A stretch of 64,000 bases of DNA from Escherichia phage vB_EcoM_E9.1, in the sequence record PP886230. One strand, 5' to 3'. Position 1 is the first letter of the stretch; each line of letters opens with the position of its first letter. Shown here piece after piece: positions 9,258-18,927 of the stretch. The notes under the pieces were generated by a model. The model made no database searches. It was not told the DNA's origin and saw nothing but the letters and a program-made list of their open reading frames with translations. The position numbers and the translations under genes are program-made.

Positions 9258-10352
9258 ATGAATTTCATTATTCTGTTAATACCTGCTCTTATCGTTGTAT
9301 TCGTTATGAAATACATGTACGATAAGCATATCAGTACTAAAGAACTATTGATTCATATTGGTTGTTGTCTGGTTGGTGCGGCTCTTGTTCTTGGTATTTC
9401 ATACGCAATCAACTATAGCCAGCTTTATGATGTTGAGATTCTGAATGGTCAAGTAACTTCAAAATACAGCCACAAAGAATATTGCACACAATCTAGTTCA
9501 TGTAAGCACTATACATGGCATGAGAAGTGCCATACGCGATATGATAGTAAAGGTAAATCACATCGTGAGTGTGAATCATATAAGGTTTTTGATTACTCAT
9601 ATGAAGTTGATTGGTATGTGAAAAGTACAGTAGGTGAGTTTGAGATTGAACGTGTGAACCGTCAAGGTACAATGACACCACCACGTTGGCAGCAAGTTAT
9701 GATTGGTGACTATGCCGCCGCAGAGAGTTCATATATCAACTATCTATTTGCTGATAAGAACTCATTGTTTAGTCCTGAAGAACTACACAACATGTATGAT
9801 GAAAAGTATCTTAGTACTATTCCAGAATACCCAAGTGTAGTTGATTATTACAAAACACATCACGTAATTAACACTACAAATTACAACGTTGATGGTTACG
9901 ATGAATACCTTCGTAATGAGCTAAAAACGATGGGTGCACGAAAGCAGGTAAACATCCAAGTACTAGTTTATGATTACAAAGATGTGGATTTTGTTGATGC
10001 TACCCTTGCATCGTGGCGTGGTGGTAAGAAGAATGATGTTATTATGTTCTTTGGTATTGACAATGATGGTAACGTTGTCAAATTTTACAGTACATCATTT
10101 GCACAAGGAATGAAGAATGAAGAGTTACATGCAAAGATGCGTATTGATGCATTAAATGAAAAATTAACTCTTGACTTACTAGTTAAAGAAGTACATAATA
10201 TTGACACACAGTTTGAGAGACTCTCTAATAAAGAGTTTGAGTACTTGTCAGTAAAAATGGAACCTAGAAAAGATGTTCTTATCGGTGCTTCCATTGTTTT
10301 GTTGATTCTGTCTATTTTCATTGGCCTTTATATGAGGGATAACGATTTATGA
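9258..10352 (+). CDS. membrane protein, Cys-rich ectodomain
   Basis: Track ORF; hydrophobic N- and C-terminal segments. Confidence 0.55.
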   Translation: MNFIILLIPALIVVFVMKYMYDKHISTKELLIHIGCCLVGAALVLGISYAINYSQLYDVEILNGQVTSKYSHKEYCTQSSSCKHYTWHEKCHTRYDSKGKSHRECESYKVFDYSYEVDWYVKSTVGEFEIERVNRQGTMTPPRWQQVMIGDYAAAESSYINYLFADKNSLFSPEELHNMYDEKYLSTIPEYPSVVDYYKTHHVINTTNYNVDGYDEYLRNELKTMGARKQVNIQVLVYDYKDVDFVDATLASWRGGKKNDVIMFFGIDNDGNVVKFYSTSFAQGMKNEELHAKMRIDALNEKLTLDLLVKEVHNIDTQFERLSNKEFEYLSVKMEPRKDVLIGASIVLLILSIFIGLYMRDNDL

Positions 10353-10903
10353 ATGGTAAACTCCTTGCGTTAATTGGTATTTTGGTAGTTATTGTACTAA
10401 TGGTGTTTGGTTCTATTAGTATGTATGTTGGTGCACATGATCGTGCAGTTGAGTTTGAAGGAAACATTAAAAAGTACTATGATGCATCTGAAAGTCAACT
10501 TAGCAATTATACTCTTACTATTCAAGATAAGGTTCAAGTAGCAGATAAGTACAAAAATGCGTTGAAAGAAACGATTGAGTCATACTTTAAAGGGCGTGAA
10601 GGTGTTGACCAGAAGTTTGTAATGTCACAGATTCAACAACAGGTTCCAAATCTTGATCCTAAAATTTATCAGGAATTGATGGTGACAATTGAAGCAGGAC
10701 GTACAAAGTTCAACAATCTTCAGAAAATGAAAATTGACCAGTGTACTGATTATGCTAAGTTCCGCAAAGGCTTCTGGAATTCCAAAATTCTTGATTCGAA
10801 TACGTTTCCAAGTGAAAATATTGAACACCTTTGTACAGTAGTATCTGATACACGTACCAAGAAAGCAATGGATACTGGTATTCAAGAATCAATTAAACTA
10901 TAA
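10349..10903 (+). CDS. membrane-anchored protein (LemA-like architecture, tentative)
   Basis: N-terminal TM helix then soluble domain; ATGA overlap with upstream gene. Confidence 0.5.
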   Translation: MNGKLLALIGILVVIVLMVFGSISMYVGAHDRAVEFEGNIKKYYDASESQLSNYTLTIQDKVQVADKYKNALKETIESYFKGREGVDQKFVMSQIQQQVPNLDPKIYQELMVTIEAGRTKFNNLQKMKIDQCTDYAKFRKGFWNSKILDSNTFPSENIEHLCTVVSDTRTKKAMDTGIQESIKL

Positions 10904-10912
10904 TTAAATGTT

Positions 10913-10937
10913 GGGAGTACTTTGTACTCCCCTTTTC
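10913..10937 (+). terminator. intrinsic terminator
   Basis: GGGAGTAC-TTT-GTACTCCC hairpin followed by CTTTTC. Confidence 0.7.
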
Positions 10938-10950
10938 TATGGGGTGTACT

Positions 10951-11538
10951 ATGTTTTTAAAAAATACTTATGAATTAATTAAAATGCTTCAAAATATGAA
11001 TTCCGGTGGCTTGTTTCCCTATTACTCTGAGGATGAAACTCATCGTTTAGTCCTTAAATTGGATGAAACTGGACGTATTATATCACTAAGAACAACAGTC
11101 CCCAGTGTAGAACCAGTAATTACCAAATCAACTCAAAATTCAGGAACTGCTGTTAAAACACCACAAACATACAACTCTAATTACCAACAACCACAAATGT
11201 ACACGATTAGCACTCCACCTATTAAACGAGTTGCTTGTATTGTGAATATAAAAGTATCTAAGGACTATCGCGACTTAATATCAGTTGAATGGTCAGAACT
11301 AACATCATCATTAGCAACAAATGGATTTGTAGTAACAAATACAGGTCTAGCACAAAATGTGAAAGAAGGACAACAGATCATGAGTGCATTGTATCTTAGT
11401 AATGGTTGTGTTATCATCAATGGTAAGTTGTATAGCGATGCCGACCCCACTGCATTCACTGAAGATTTGATTGGTGATAAAGAATACAGCATTCTTGAAA
11501 TTATGAATTTGAAAAAGGTATATGAAAACCATGACTAG
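10951..11538 (+). CDS. hypothetical protein
   Basis: Track ORF 10939..11538; start moved to ATG 10951 because 10939 abuts the terminator. Confidence 0.5.
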   Translation: MFLKNTYELIKMLQNMNSGGLFPYYSEDETHRLVLKLDETGRIISLRTTVPSVEPVITKSTQNSGTAVKTPQTYNSNYQQPQMYTISTPPIKRVACIVNIKVSKDYRDLISVEWSELTSSLATNGFVVTNTGLAQNVKEGQQIMSALYLSNGCVIINGKLYSDADPTAFTEDLIGDKEYSILEIMNLKKVYENHD

Positions 11539-12103
11539 ATTTCATCAAGATGATTTGCCATTTATACAAGAACTAGAAGAACTGGTGATAAGTATTATGG
11601 ATGAAATTAGTACTTGGGATATAACAGTTTTTCGAAATGTATATGATAAAGTGGTGAATTTTAAAAATGTTAATATTGAAGTAAAACATAATAATTTTTA
11701 CTTAACAAAACAATTCATTCTAACTCGACCAGGATCAAAGCCAGTTAAACGTAATTTATCATTCGGACACCTGATTGGTGCAGAAAATGTACATGATGAA
11801 TGGGTTGATTCAATCTATTCGTATACAAAAGAACTTATTCCTGATATTGAGAAAAAATATTATCTTAGTATCACATTAGATGAACAAGGAAAACTAAATG
11901 CGTATTCCATAAATTCATCAGCACACGTTCCATTACATTCAACGTCAATTGGTGATAAACAATTACTAATCGATTCATCAACATGGCACAATAGGGAAAG
12001 TTTCTCCGCTGAAACTTTTCAGTACTCGGTATCTGAACCAAAGTCTCCATTTGATTTTGTGTTTGTTAATAACATCCTTTTACGTTTTGGTGTAGGAGTC
12101 TAA
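11522..12103 (+). CDS. hypothetical protein
   Basis: Track ORF; weak ...AETFQYSVSE... resemblance to the EE-x-FFQ family. Confidence 0.5.
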   Translation: MKTMTRFHQDDLPFIQELEELVISIMDEISTWDITVFRNVYDKVVNFKNVNIEVKHNNFYLTKQFILTRPGSKPVKRNLSFGHLIGAENVHDEWVDSIYSYTKELIPDIEKKYYLSITLDEQGKLNAYSINSSAHVPLHSTSIGDKQLLIDSSTWHNRESFSAETFQYSVSEPKSPFDFVFVNNILLRFGVGV

Positions 12104-12105
12104 TT

Positions 12106-12459
12106 ATGCTAATTTATTTGAGTGTTCTTGTTATTTCATTACTGGTATCATTAGCAGTACTGAAAGCTGTTGCCATCGGTCGTAGTAAAATTGACAGTAC
12201 TGAAACGAGTTCCGTTCTAGATTTGATTATGGATCATCCTAAAGTCTGTGGTATTATTGTATTGTTTGTTATTCTGATTAATACGTATATTGTCAGGGAT
12301 CATTTATATAATATGTATGATTGTAGTGTTAGATCTATATCACAAGGTGTTGAAACTGACTATAGCTGGTACTATGAGAAATGTAGATTTAAAAATCAGC
12401 ATGGTATTTGGGTTGATTTTGACAAACTACGTGGAACTCCTTCAGGAGAAGAAGAATAA
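12106..12459 (+). CDS. membrane protein
   Basis: Track ORF; two hydrophobic segments. Confidence 0.5.
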   Translation: MLIYLSVLVISLLVSLAVLKAVAIGRSKIDSTETSSVLDLIMDHPKVCGIIVLFVILINTYIVRDHLYNMYDCSVRSISQGVETDYSWYYEKCRFKNQHGIWVDFDKLRGTPSGEEE

Positions 12460-12461
12460 TT

Positions 12462-12953
12462 ATGTTTGAGTTCCCAGAAGAGTCATTTGACTTTATTGAC
12501 CCTACTGATGATGGATACCGACACATTAACATTTATAGTAAAGCTAGAACTAAGTTAGGTAGAGATCTATCTAACTTTTCTTCACATAGCTTCACACTTG
12601 AACCATATGGTTGGTTCCCTTCAGTTGAAACATTTTACTTTTGGTTTTTAACTGGGCAAAAACATGATGACCTTAGAAAAGTATCTGGTGCAGCAGCAAA
12701 AGCAGCCGCTAACAAATATATGCATGATCGAATTGAAATGACGGATGATTGTATTTCTATTATTCAAGATGCTATTTGTGCTAAGATAATTCAAAATCCA
12801 GAGTTAGCCGAAAGATTAAGAAAAAGCAAGTTACCTTTTTACCATTACTATGTATATGGTGGTAAAGTTGTAGATGTATCCGACGAACATGATTGGTTTG
12901 TTAAAACATTCGAATATATAAGAACGGTGTTAAAGGAAAACTATAATGGGTAA
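12462..12953 (+). CDS. hypothetical protein, possible NADAR-like domain
   Basis: LSNFSSHSF...FPSVETFYFW resembles NADAR/YbiA core (FSNF...PTVEHYYQA); tentative. Confidence 0.45.
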   Translation: MFEFPEESFDFIDPTDDGYRHINIYSKARTKLGRDLSNFSSHSFTLEPYGWFPSVETFYFWFLTGQKHDDLRKVSGAAAKAAANKYMHDRIEMTDDCISIIQDAICAKIIQNPELAERLRKSKLPFYHYYVYGGKVVDVSDEHDWFVKTFEYIRTVLKENYNG

Positions 12954-13224
12954 ATGTTGGGTATGCTTCAAGGTGTTTGATGAAGAATATGAAATAATAT
13001 TAGATGTATTGCCACAGCAGTACATGGTGTGTAATGAAAAATACAAATTGGACACCTACCCGACCCCCAAGTACATGGGAATATGTCCTTTGTGTGATGC
13101 AAATGGCGTGTCCAATAGTGAGATTTCATTCACTAACCAAGCCACAACTAACTGTGTATCTGGGTATATAAGAGAGAATCGAGAATATTTTATTAGGAGA
13201 TTATATGAACGACAAAATCTTTGA
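12946..13224 (+). CDS. small Cys-rich (zinc-ribbon-like) protein
   Basis: CWVC...CPLCD cysteine pairs. Confidence 0.45.
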   Translation: MGKCWVCFKVFDEEYEIILDVLPQQYMVCNEKYKLDTYPTPKYMGICPLCDANGVSNSEISFTNQATTNCVSGYIRENREYFIRRLYERQNL

Positions 13225-13435
13225 TACATATGACATCGATACTTTACTAACACCATCTGATAACAGTACTGTTAAAATGGACATGTACTGGATTGTCGTT
13301 GATAAAAAAGTATTTAGACATAAAATTACTAAAGTTTGGCAATGTAATAAAAACAAATCTATTGTTGAAGGATTGGCACAATGCATTCCTAATGCAGAGG
13401 TTTTATTTTTACCATATGCATATACAAAGGAATAA
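13205..13435 (+). CDS. hypothetical protein
   Basis: Track ORF. Confidence 0.4.
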   Translation: MNDKIFDTYDIDTLLTPSDNSTVKMDMYWIVVDKKVFRHKITKVWQCNKNKSIVEGLAQCIPNAEVLFLPYAYTKE

Positions 13436-13436
13436 A

Positions 13437-13598
13437 ATGAAAAAAACTTGGAAAATATTCACAATACCTGCTATAATGTTGTTATTGGCACTTTTCACAC
13501 CGCAGAGTCATGTATTGTCTCTTAACATTGTGGAAATAATTCTTCTTGTAATTCACTGTGTCGTGTGTTATAATTATGTAAAAGGTGATAAAGAATGA
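13437..13598 (+). CDS. small membrane protein
   Basis: Internal ATG of track ORF 13293..13598 behind RBS AAGGAA; hydrophobic. Confidence 0.4.
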   Translation: MKKTWKIFTIPAIMLLLALFTPQSHVLSLNIVEIILLVIHCVVCYNYVKGDKE

Positions 13599-14017
13599 AG
13601 TTCTTTAAAATTCGAATTGGTGTAAGTTCTGGTTTATCTCATTGGGTATTTTATGATTTACCTGATAGTTATACTATTGATGATGTAATTGATTTATATA
13701 CCGAAGATCAACAATGGGTGTTAGATACCGAAACACATAGAATTGATTGTCAAGAGATTAGTGAAGAAGATTACAAACACGGAAAGCAAGCCATGAAGTA
13801 TTTTGAAACAAATATCAAAATGCTGACTGAAAACGTATTTCCAGTAAAAGAATGGGCGATTTTACTTGCTAATCCTAAAAAACCTGTTAGAATTGGTTAT
13901 CCAAATTTTCATATGGTGTATCGTATGAATGATAAGCGAGAGCTTAACTATCAATACGATTACGATTCATCTAAGTTTGGAGTTCTTAAACAATTTTTAA
14001 AGGCTTATCCAGTATGA
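13595..14017 (+). CDS. hypothetical protein
   Basis: Track ORF; ATGA overlap. Confidence 0.5.
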   Translation: MKFFKIRIGVSSGLSHWVFYDLPDSYTIDDVIDLYTEDQQWVLDTETHRIDCQEISEEDYKHGKQAMKYFETNIKMLTENVFPVKEWAILLANPKKPVRIGYPNFHMVYRMNDKRELNYQYDYDSSKFGVLKQFLKAYPV

Positions 14018-14349
14018 GTGAAGATAGTAAAGAGTATATTTTACGTTGTTCTTGTGGCGATAAAATGGAGCATTGCGTTCACATTGCACAATTTGACTTG
14101 ACAGAGGAATATGGAGATGATAAACTTGGTCAATGTCTGATAAGTATGCGTTTAAATCCTTTTTTAAAATGGTATAACCGTGTATGGGTTGCAGTAAAGT
14201 ATGTTTTTGGTGTAAACGACTATCAATATGTAGAAGCAACAATTGATGTTGACATTCTAAAAGAAGTTGTGTTACAATTAGAAGATACTAGAACTGATGA
14301 GGTTAAAAAAGAACAAAGAGAAAAACGTACTGATGTGAAGGTTTTATGA
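14014..14349 (+). CDS. hypothetical protein (Cys cluster)
   Basis: Track ORF; ATGA overlap. Confidence 0.5.
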   Translation: MSEDSKEYILRCSCGDKMEHCVHIAQFDLTEEYGDDKLGQCLISMRLNPFLKWYNRVWVAVKYVFGVNDYQYVEATIDVDILKEVVLQLEDTRTDEVKKEQREKRTDVKVL

Positions 14350-14540
14350 GTACTGAACTTTATGAAAAAAAGTACTGTACAAATTGCTCAACTGAGTATA
14401 CAATACAAGGTATGTTGATTTGTACAATATGTCAGTCAAAGAAATCAGCAACTTTCATCGTTGATGATAGATTTGGTGATTTGAAACAGTTTAAAGCAAA
14501 CCGCAATCTTCGTATTTTTAGCAATCTAAATAAGGAATAA
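14346..14540 (+). CDS. small zinc-ribbon-like protein
   Basis: CTNC...CTIC cysteine pairs. Confidence 0.45.
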   Translation: MSTELYEKKYCTNCSTEYTIQGMLICTICQSKKSATFIVDDRFGDLKQFKANRNLRIFSNLNKE

Positions 14541-14543
14541 TAT

Positions 14544-14972
14544 ATGAATATCGAACAAACTATCCGTGAACATTCTTTCTTCGCTCCAGAAACTGGTCGT
14601 GTTATTGAGAGCGTCAAAATCGAAGAACTAATGGTCAATGTTAAATACAAAGAACCAAATGATGAGATTAGCAGTACTTTTTGTGCTCTACGTGCACCAT
14701 TCCGTAATGAAAAAGCTAAGAAACCAGCATATGTTCTTGCCATTGCACTGGGTTGTGTTGTAAAACTTGCAGTTGATGAAAATCTTCTGAATATTAAAGT
14801 TGCACCAAGCAATGACGATGAAAACATTGATTTGAACTTTGATGGTTCTCTTGATGAAGATGTATTTTTCCAACAGTCACTTGTTTACGACTTCCGTACA
14901 GTGACACATTCTCACATCAAGTTCATTAATGAAATGGTTGAGATTGTTGCTGAATACGAAGAATCTCTCTAA
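14544..14972 (+). CDS. EE-x-FFQ family small protein
   Basis: C-terminal ...DEDVFFQQSLVYDF...; RBS AAGGAA. Confidence 0.6.
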   Translation: MNIEQTIREHSFFAPETGRVIESVKIEELMVNVKYKEPNDEISSTFCALRAPFRNEKAKKPAYVLAIALGCVVKLAVDENLLNIKVAPSNDDENIDLNFDGSLDEDVFFQQSLVYDFRTVTHSHIKFINEMVEIVAEYEESL

Positions 14973-14981
14973 GTAAATACA

Positions 14982-15006
14982 AAAGCCTCCATTATGGAGG
15001 CTTTTA
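14982..15006 (+). terminator. intrinsic terminator
   Basis: GCCTCCA-TTA-TGGAGGC hairpin followed by TTTT. Confidence 0.65.
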
Positions 15007-15025
15007 TCACATAAGGAAATGAAAT

Positions 15026-15577
15026 ATGATAGACCAAATTAAAATCCTTACAAAGCAAATCACTGATTTTCTTTCTGATAAAGATGGATTTAATACAGAA
15101 GTAAAAATGCACGGTGTTAGTGTTGATGTAATTGCACCAAATGGTAATGTAACAAGTTACGACATGTATGAATTACTTCTTTATACTCTAGCAGTACGTA
15201 AACTAGGTAGTGATATTGAACTCAATATCAATACTGATGAAAGTGGGAATAAAATTTTTGCAATCAACACCAGTGCTAAATTCGATATCAGTACTGAAAT
15301 TAAAAAAATAAATGAAAGTTTTATTGGCTTTAAGCATGAATCAATTCAAAGTGTTTTTATTGGAAAGCAAACTTCTAATAGTGAATGCCCATATTGTGTA
15401 ATGACTTTATATAAAGATGGAAACTGGATGCGTCAAGATTTAGTATTTGCTGAACTTCTGTATGCATTTACACATGAACTTAAAATCGAATTGGACGATA
15501 GTGTTTATTGCTTTAAGAAAATTCGAAATATAACTAAAGATATACAAACCCAACTTAAAGAATTAAATGATAAATAA
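15026..15577 (+). CDS. hypothetical protein
   Basis: Track ORF; RBS AAGGAAA. Confidence 0.55.
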   Translation: MIDQIKILTKQITDFLSDKDGFNTEVKMHGVSVDVIAPNGNVTSYDMYELLLYTLAVRKLGSDIELNINTDESGNKIFAINTSAKFDISTEIKKINESFIGFKHESIQSVFIGKQTSNSECPYCVMTLYKDGNWMRQDLVFAELLYAFTHELKIELDDSVYCFKKIRNITKDIQTQLKELNDK

Positions 15578-15693
15578 ATATACCAGAAATGGTTAACATA
15601 TCATGTTACTTTCCTCCCTTACATAATAATGATGCGTTATTATATTTTCATTTTGTTCTTATTCCCCTTTTGGTACAAAATCATTTTAGTACT

Positions 15694-15717
15694 GCCCCGA
15701 TCTTCGGGGCATTTTTC
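15694..15717 (+). terminator. intrinsic terminator
   Basis: GCCCCGA-TCT-TCGGGGC hairpin followed by ATTTTT. Confidence 0.7.
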
Positions 15718-15737
15718 TTATCTAAAATTGAGGATAT

Positions 15738-16133
15738 ATGAAGAACAATATTGGAACTTCAATAATTAAACCACTTTCTTATTACCTTGAAAAATTTAGA
15801 AGCACAAATGGTAATAAATTTAATAATATATTTCAGTTCTCTCATAAAGAATATATTACAATTGATCATTTTTCAAAGAAACTAATGTATGTAAATGATA
15901 ATAGTCATATTATTAAATTATCATTCGATATTGAGTTAGATAAATTAACATTTACTGAATACATTAATCAAAAAACTTCTTTTTTATGTCAATACAATAG
16001 GAAAGTATATAGTAATATTTCTATGTATCTAAATGATGAATATCACTTTCAACAATCTACAATAGAAGAAGTATTGTTCAGTACTGAAGAATTAAAAGAA
16101 CTATATTACTGGTATAATTATTTCACATCTTGA
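15738..16133 (+). CDS. EE-x-FFQ family small protein
   Basis: C-terminal ...NDEYHFQQSTIEEV...; RBS GAGGA. Confidence 0.55.
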   Translation: MKNNIGTSIIKPLSYYLEKFRSTNGNKFNNIFQFSHKEYITIDHFSKKLMYVNDNSHIIKLSFDIELDKLTFTEYINQKTSFLCQYNRKVYSNISMYLNDEYHFQQSTIEEVLFSTEELKELYYWYNYFTS

Positions 16134-16188
16134 CATTATTGTGGGTTTATCCTACAATACATGATGATGCTGCATTGAGGATAAATTT

Positions 16189-16599
16189 ATGAGTTTAGAT
16201 TTACACAATGAACTAAAATATTTTTTAGATTTGGACATATCAGAATTGAACCACCACGTCAATCATATGACTAGTACTGTATGGTGGTCTAATGAACAAG
16301 ACGACCCAATTATCCAACTAAGTGATGAATCGTCAATTATGCGATTTTATAAGATTAATTATAAAAAGAACATCAAGATCACATATGTACCATACAAAAA
16401 CATACTACTAGTCGAAACACTTAATCCAAGTTCTTTATTAAAAATCACCGATTTAGATACATTACAAACAAGTGAATCTTTATTCCAACGTTCATTAGTT
16501 GATGATCTTGGTGGTATTACTTTTGAAGATATATTACAATTGAAGAATATGTATAGTGAATTGTTGGAGATTAAAAACACTTTAGTAATGGGGAATTGA
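16189..16599 (+). CDS. EE-x-FFQ family small protein
   Basis: C-terminal ...SESLFQRSLVDDLGGITFEDILQL... Confidence 0.6.
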   Translation: MSLDLHNELKYFLDLDISELNHHVNHMTSTVWWSNEQDDPIIQLSDESSIMRFYKINYKKNIKITYVPYKNILLVETLNPSSLLKITDLDTLQTSESLFQRSLVDDLGGITFEDILQLKNMYSELLEIKNTLVMGN

Positions 16600-16600
16600 T

Positions 16601-17005
16601 ATGGTAAGTTTACTAGATATTGATAATACCAGTTTAGTGCTGGTGAAAAAAGGTTTAATTCCAAATTCTAAAAAAATTGATTATGCTGTTATTGAAACAA
16701 ATATTGGAAATATCTGGTACGACTCTGAAAGGGATATTGTGTTTAGCTGTGTAGACAGTGATCGTTCTGAATGTTGTAGAGTCGGTCATGACGGACAATT
16801 TGTTTTTGAATTTCGTTATTGGAAGGACGCAAAATTTCACCAAGAACTGGTTGCTTTGTCAAATGAACTATATACAGAAGAATCGTTCTTCATGGCTAGT
16901 ACTATTAATGATTTTGGTTCAGTTACATTTGAGTACTATAAAAAAATATACGCACTATCCAGAGAAGTTATGAAAATTATCAGAACTGCTGAAGGTAAAG
17001 AATAA
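16601..17005 (+). CDS. EE-x-FFQ family small protein
   Basis: C-terminal ...EESFFMASTINDFGSVTFEYY... Confidence 0.6.
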   Translation: MVSLLDIDNTSLVLVKKGLIPNSKKIDYAVIETNIGNIWYDSERDIVFSCVDSDRSECCRVGHDGQFVFEFRYWKDAKFHQELVALSNELYTEESFFMASTINDFGSVTFEYYKKIYALSREVMKIIRTAEGKE

Positions 17006-17006
17006 C

Positions 17007-17384
17007 ATGACTACTATATATGATATTTTGGGTGTTCTGAGTAGAAATATAGATGATGATTTTGTTATTGTTCAAGATACTAGAAATACATTTCAACTAC
17101 CAATAGGTTCACCAGATAGGTTAATTTTTAATAGATACTCAAATGAACTAACTTACATCCATGATGGGATTGCAATTGTATCAGTTTCTATAAACGACTA
17201 TACAATACGATATGTATATGACTTCAACGATTATTGTACAAGAATCCACAGTATTGATATTTCCGAAGAGGAACTATTCCAATTGTCATTGATTGAGAAA
17301 AATGTAATAGGAATTACAGAAATTGGTATTATTAAAAAAGCATTAAACTATACAAATATAAGAATTAATGGTGGGTGCGGATGA
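17007..17384 (+). CDS. EE-x-FFQ family small protein
   Basis: C-terminal ...EEELFQLSLIEKNVIGITEIGII... Confidence 0.6.
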   Translation: MTTIYDILGVLSRNIDDDFVIVQDTRNTFQLPIGSPDRLIFNRYSNELTYIHDGIAIVSVSINDYTIRYVYDFNDYCTRIHSIDISEEELFQLSLIEKNVIGITEIGIIKKALNYTNIRINGGCG

Positions 17385-17836
17385 ATGTTGACGAAATAAA
17401 AAATCATTTTGAAATTGCAATGTCATGTGAATTTGACACACAACGTGTTCATGACCCGAAAGAACATATACGCATTTGTTGTGAATTGTCAGATGATTGT
17501 AATATTTTTATTGGAAAAACCTATGACATGATCGATCTTTCATGTATAGATCCATTGGAAAGAAAAACAAAATATTTATATCTGTACAACACAACATCAG
17601 ATACGATTGCAATACAACTAATATCAACCACAACATCCCAAAGTTATTATAACATAACTGAGGTTAGTAGTTTAACGTTAACCGAAGAAGGATTCTTTCA
17701 ACAATCGCTTATTCGTGAAATTGGTGTTAGTTATGATGAGTTAAATGTATTAGTAGATTGTTTCGAAAAATTGAGTACTTTTGTATTATCCCTTTTTAAT
17801 ATACAGTCGCAAAATCCAATGGTGGTGAAATGCTAA
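17375..17836 (+). CDS. EE-x-FFQ family small protein
   Basis: C-terminal ...EEGFFQQSLIREIGVSYDELNVL... Confidence 0.6.
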   Translation: MRMNVDEIKNHFEIAMSCEFDTQRVHDPKEHIRICCELSDDCNIFIGKTYDMIDLSCIDPLERKTKYLYLYNTTSDTIAIQLISTTTSQSYYNITEVSSLTLTEEGFFQQSLIREIGVSYDELNVLVDCFEKLSTFVLSLFNIQSQNPMVVKC

Positions 17837-18270
17837 ATCCAAGTAAATTTCTCCACTTACTTTCGATAACATCAATACCGGATCTTACCAGTGAAACTAA
17901 TGAATATCGTGAAGCTGGGGTGGTGTCTATGGAACTCGATACATTTGACCACAAATGCTATGTGACATATGACCCACCGCGTTATGGTAAAGAACATTCT
18001 TCTTTTATTTTTGTATTCGTATACACTGTATATGATAATACAACACTTGATGATGTTTGTATTGACACTTACGAAATTTGTGATAATATCATAACTGATG
18101 ACAACAATAATTCATTTGATATGTCACTATATAACACAGAAGAATCGTTGTTTCAACTTAGTACTGTTATTGATGCACCATCATTAGAAGATATAAAACA
18201 ATTTCAAGAACATCTTGACGCAGTTCGTGAGATGTTCTATAATCATTATCCAGAAGTAGAGTTCAATTAA
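17830..18270 (+). CDS. EE-x-FFQ family small protein
   Basis: C-terminal ...EESLFQLSTVIDAPSLEDIKQF... Confidence 0.6.
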   Translation: MLNPSKFLHLLSITSIPDLTSETNEYREAGVVSMELDTFDHKCYVTYDPPRYGKEHSSFIFVFVYTVYDNTTLDDVCIDTYEICDNIITDDNNNSFDMSLYNTEESLFQLSTVIDAPSLEDIKQFQEHLDAVREMFYNHYPEVEFN

Positions 18271-18284
18271 CTAAAGGTAATAAG

Positions 18285-18545
18285 ATGACTAAAGTAGTTC
18301 GTAAACGCCACATGATGAACATGGATGAATTTCGCACATTTGACAAATATCGTACTATGTTTCGTATGCTTTCACAGGGCCGTCCAATCGTCATTGTAAC
18401 AGAGAATTACATGTCACCTGAGATTATGTTTGGTAATTATGAAAAGGTCTTCATGTTGTACGTGAAGCGTGGATTACTTACAATCAAGACATTAGCTGAA
18501 GCAACTGATGAAGATATGGATGGTGATAATACCTTTACCATGTGA
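18285..18545 (+). CDS. hypothetical protein
   Basis: Track ORF; RBS AAGG. Confidence 0.5.
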   Translation: MTKVVRKRHMMNMDEFRTFDKYRTMFRMLSQGRPIVIVTENYMSPEIMFGNYEKVFMLYVKRGLLTIKTLAEATDEDMDGDNTFTM

Positions 18546-18620
18546 GGAAATATATGTCTGAAAAGCCAAAAGAACCATTAGATCGTGATGATGATTTTTA
18601 TGACGAACGATATGGAGATG

Positions 18621-18875
18621 ATGATGAGTGAACATAGTGATGTGCTTAAAAAGATTTTAAAGGAACTTGATGGTGAGTTTAATGTCACAGAAGAAGAATA
18701 TGAGCATTGGAAGAAAGGTTTTGAACAACTAACCGAGTATGATAAAGTGTTCAATATGATTGGCGTAATTAGCCAGTACTTACTCGGTGGAGGACGTGCA
18801 AGTGCTTCAATTCTGGCATCTGCAATCATCTGTACATCACGATGGTGTGATGAAAAAAGTTTGGAAGATTTCTAA
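18621..18875 (+). CDS. hypothetical protein (start uncertain)
   Basis: Track ORF 18585..18875; run of ATG codons after GGAG at 18614-17. Confidence 0.4.
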   Translation: MMSEHSDVLKKILKELDGEFNVTEEEYEHWKKGFEQLTEYDKVFNMIGVISQYLLGGGRASASILASAIICTSRWCDEKSLEDF

Positions 18876-18890
18876 ATAAGATGCTATAAT
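18861..18890 (+). promoter_or_regulatory. sigma70-like promoter, extended -10
   Basis: TTGGAA-N18-TGcTATAAT upstream of the methyltransferase gene. Confidence 0.45.
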
Positions 18891-18927
18891 ATATTATAGT
18901 ACCTTAACAATATAAAAAGGATTTTAT

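Noticed and set aside
18554-18631. 25-aa acidic peptide (MSEKPKEPLDRDDDFYDERYGDDDE) behind a strong RBS
   Set aside because: Too short and overlapping the next ORF start; may be a leader peptide, but evidence is insufficient to call a gene.
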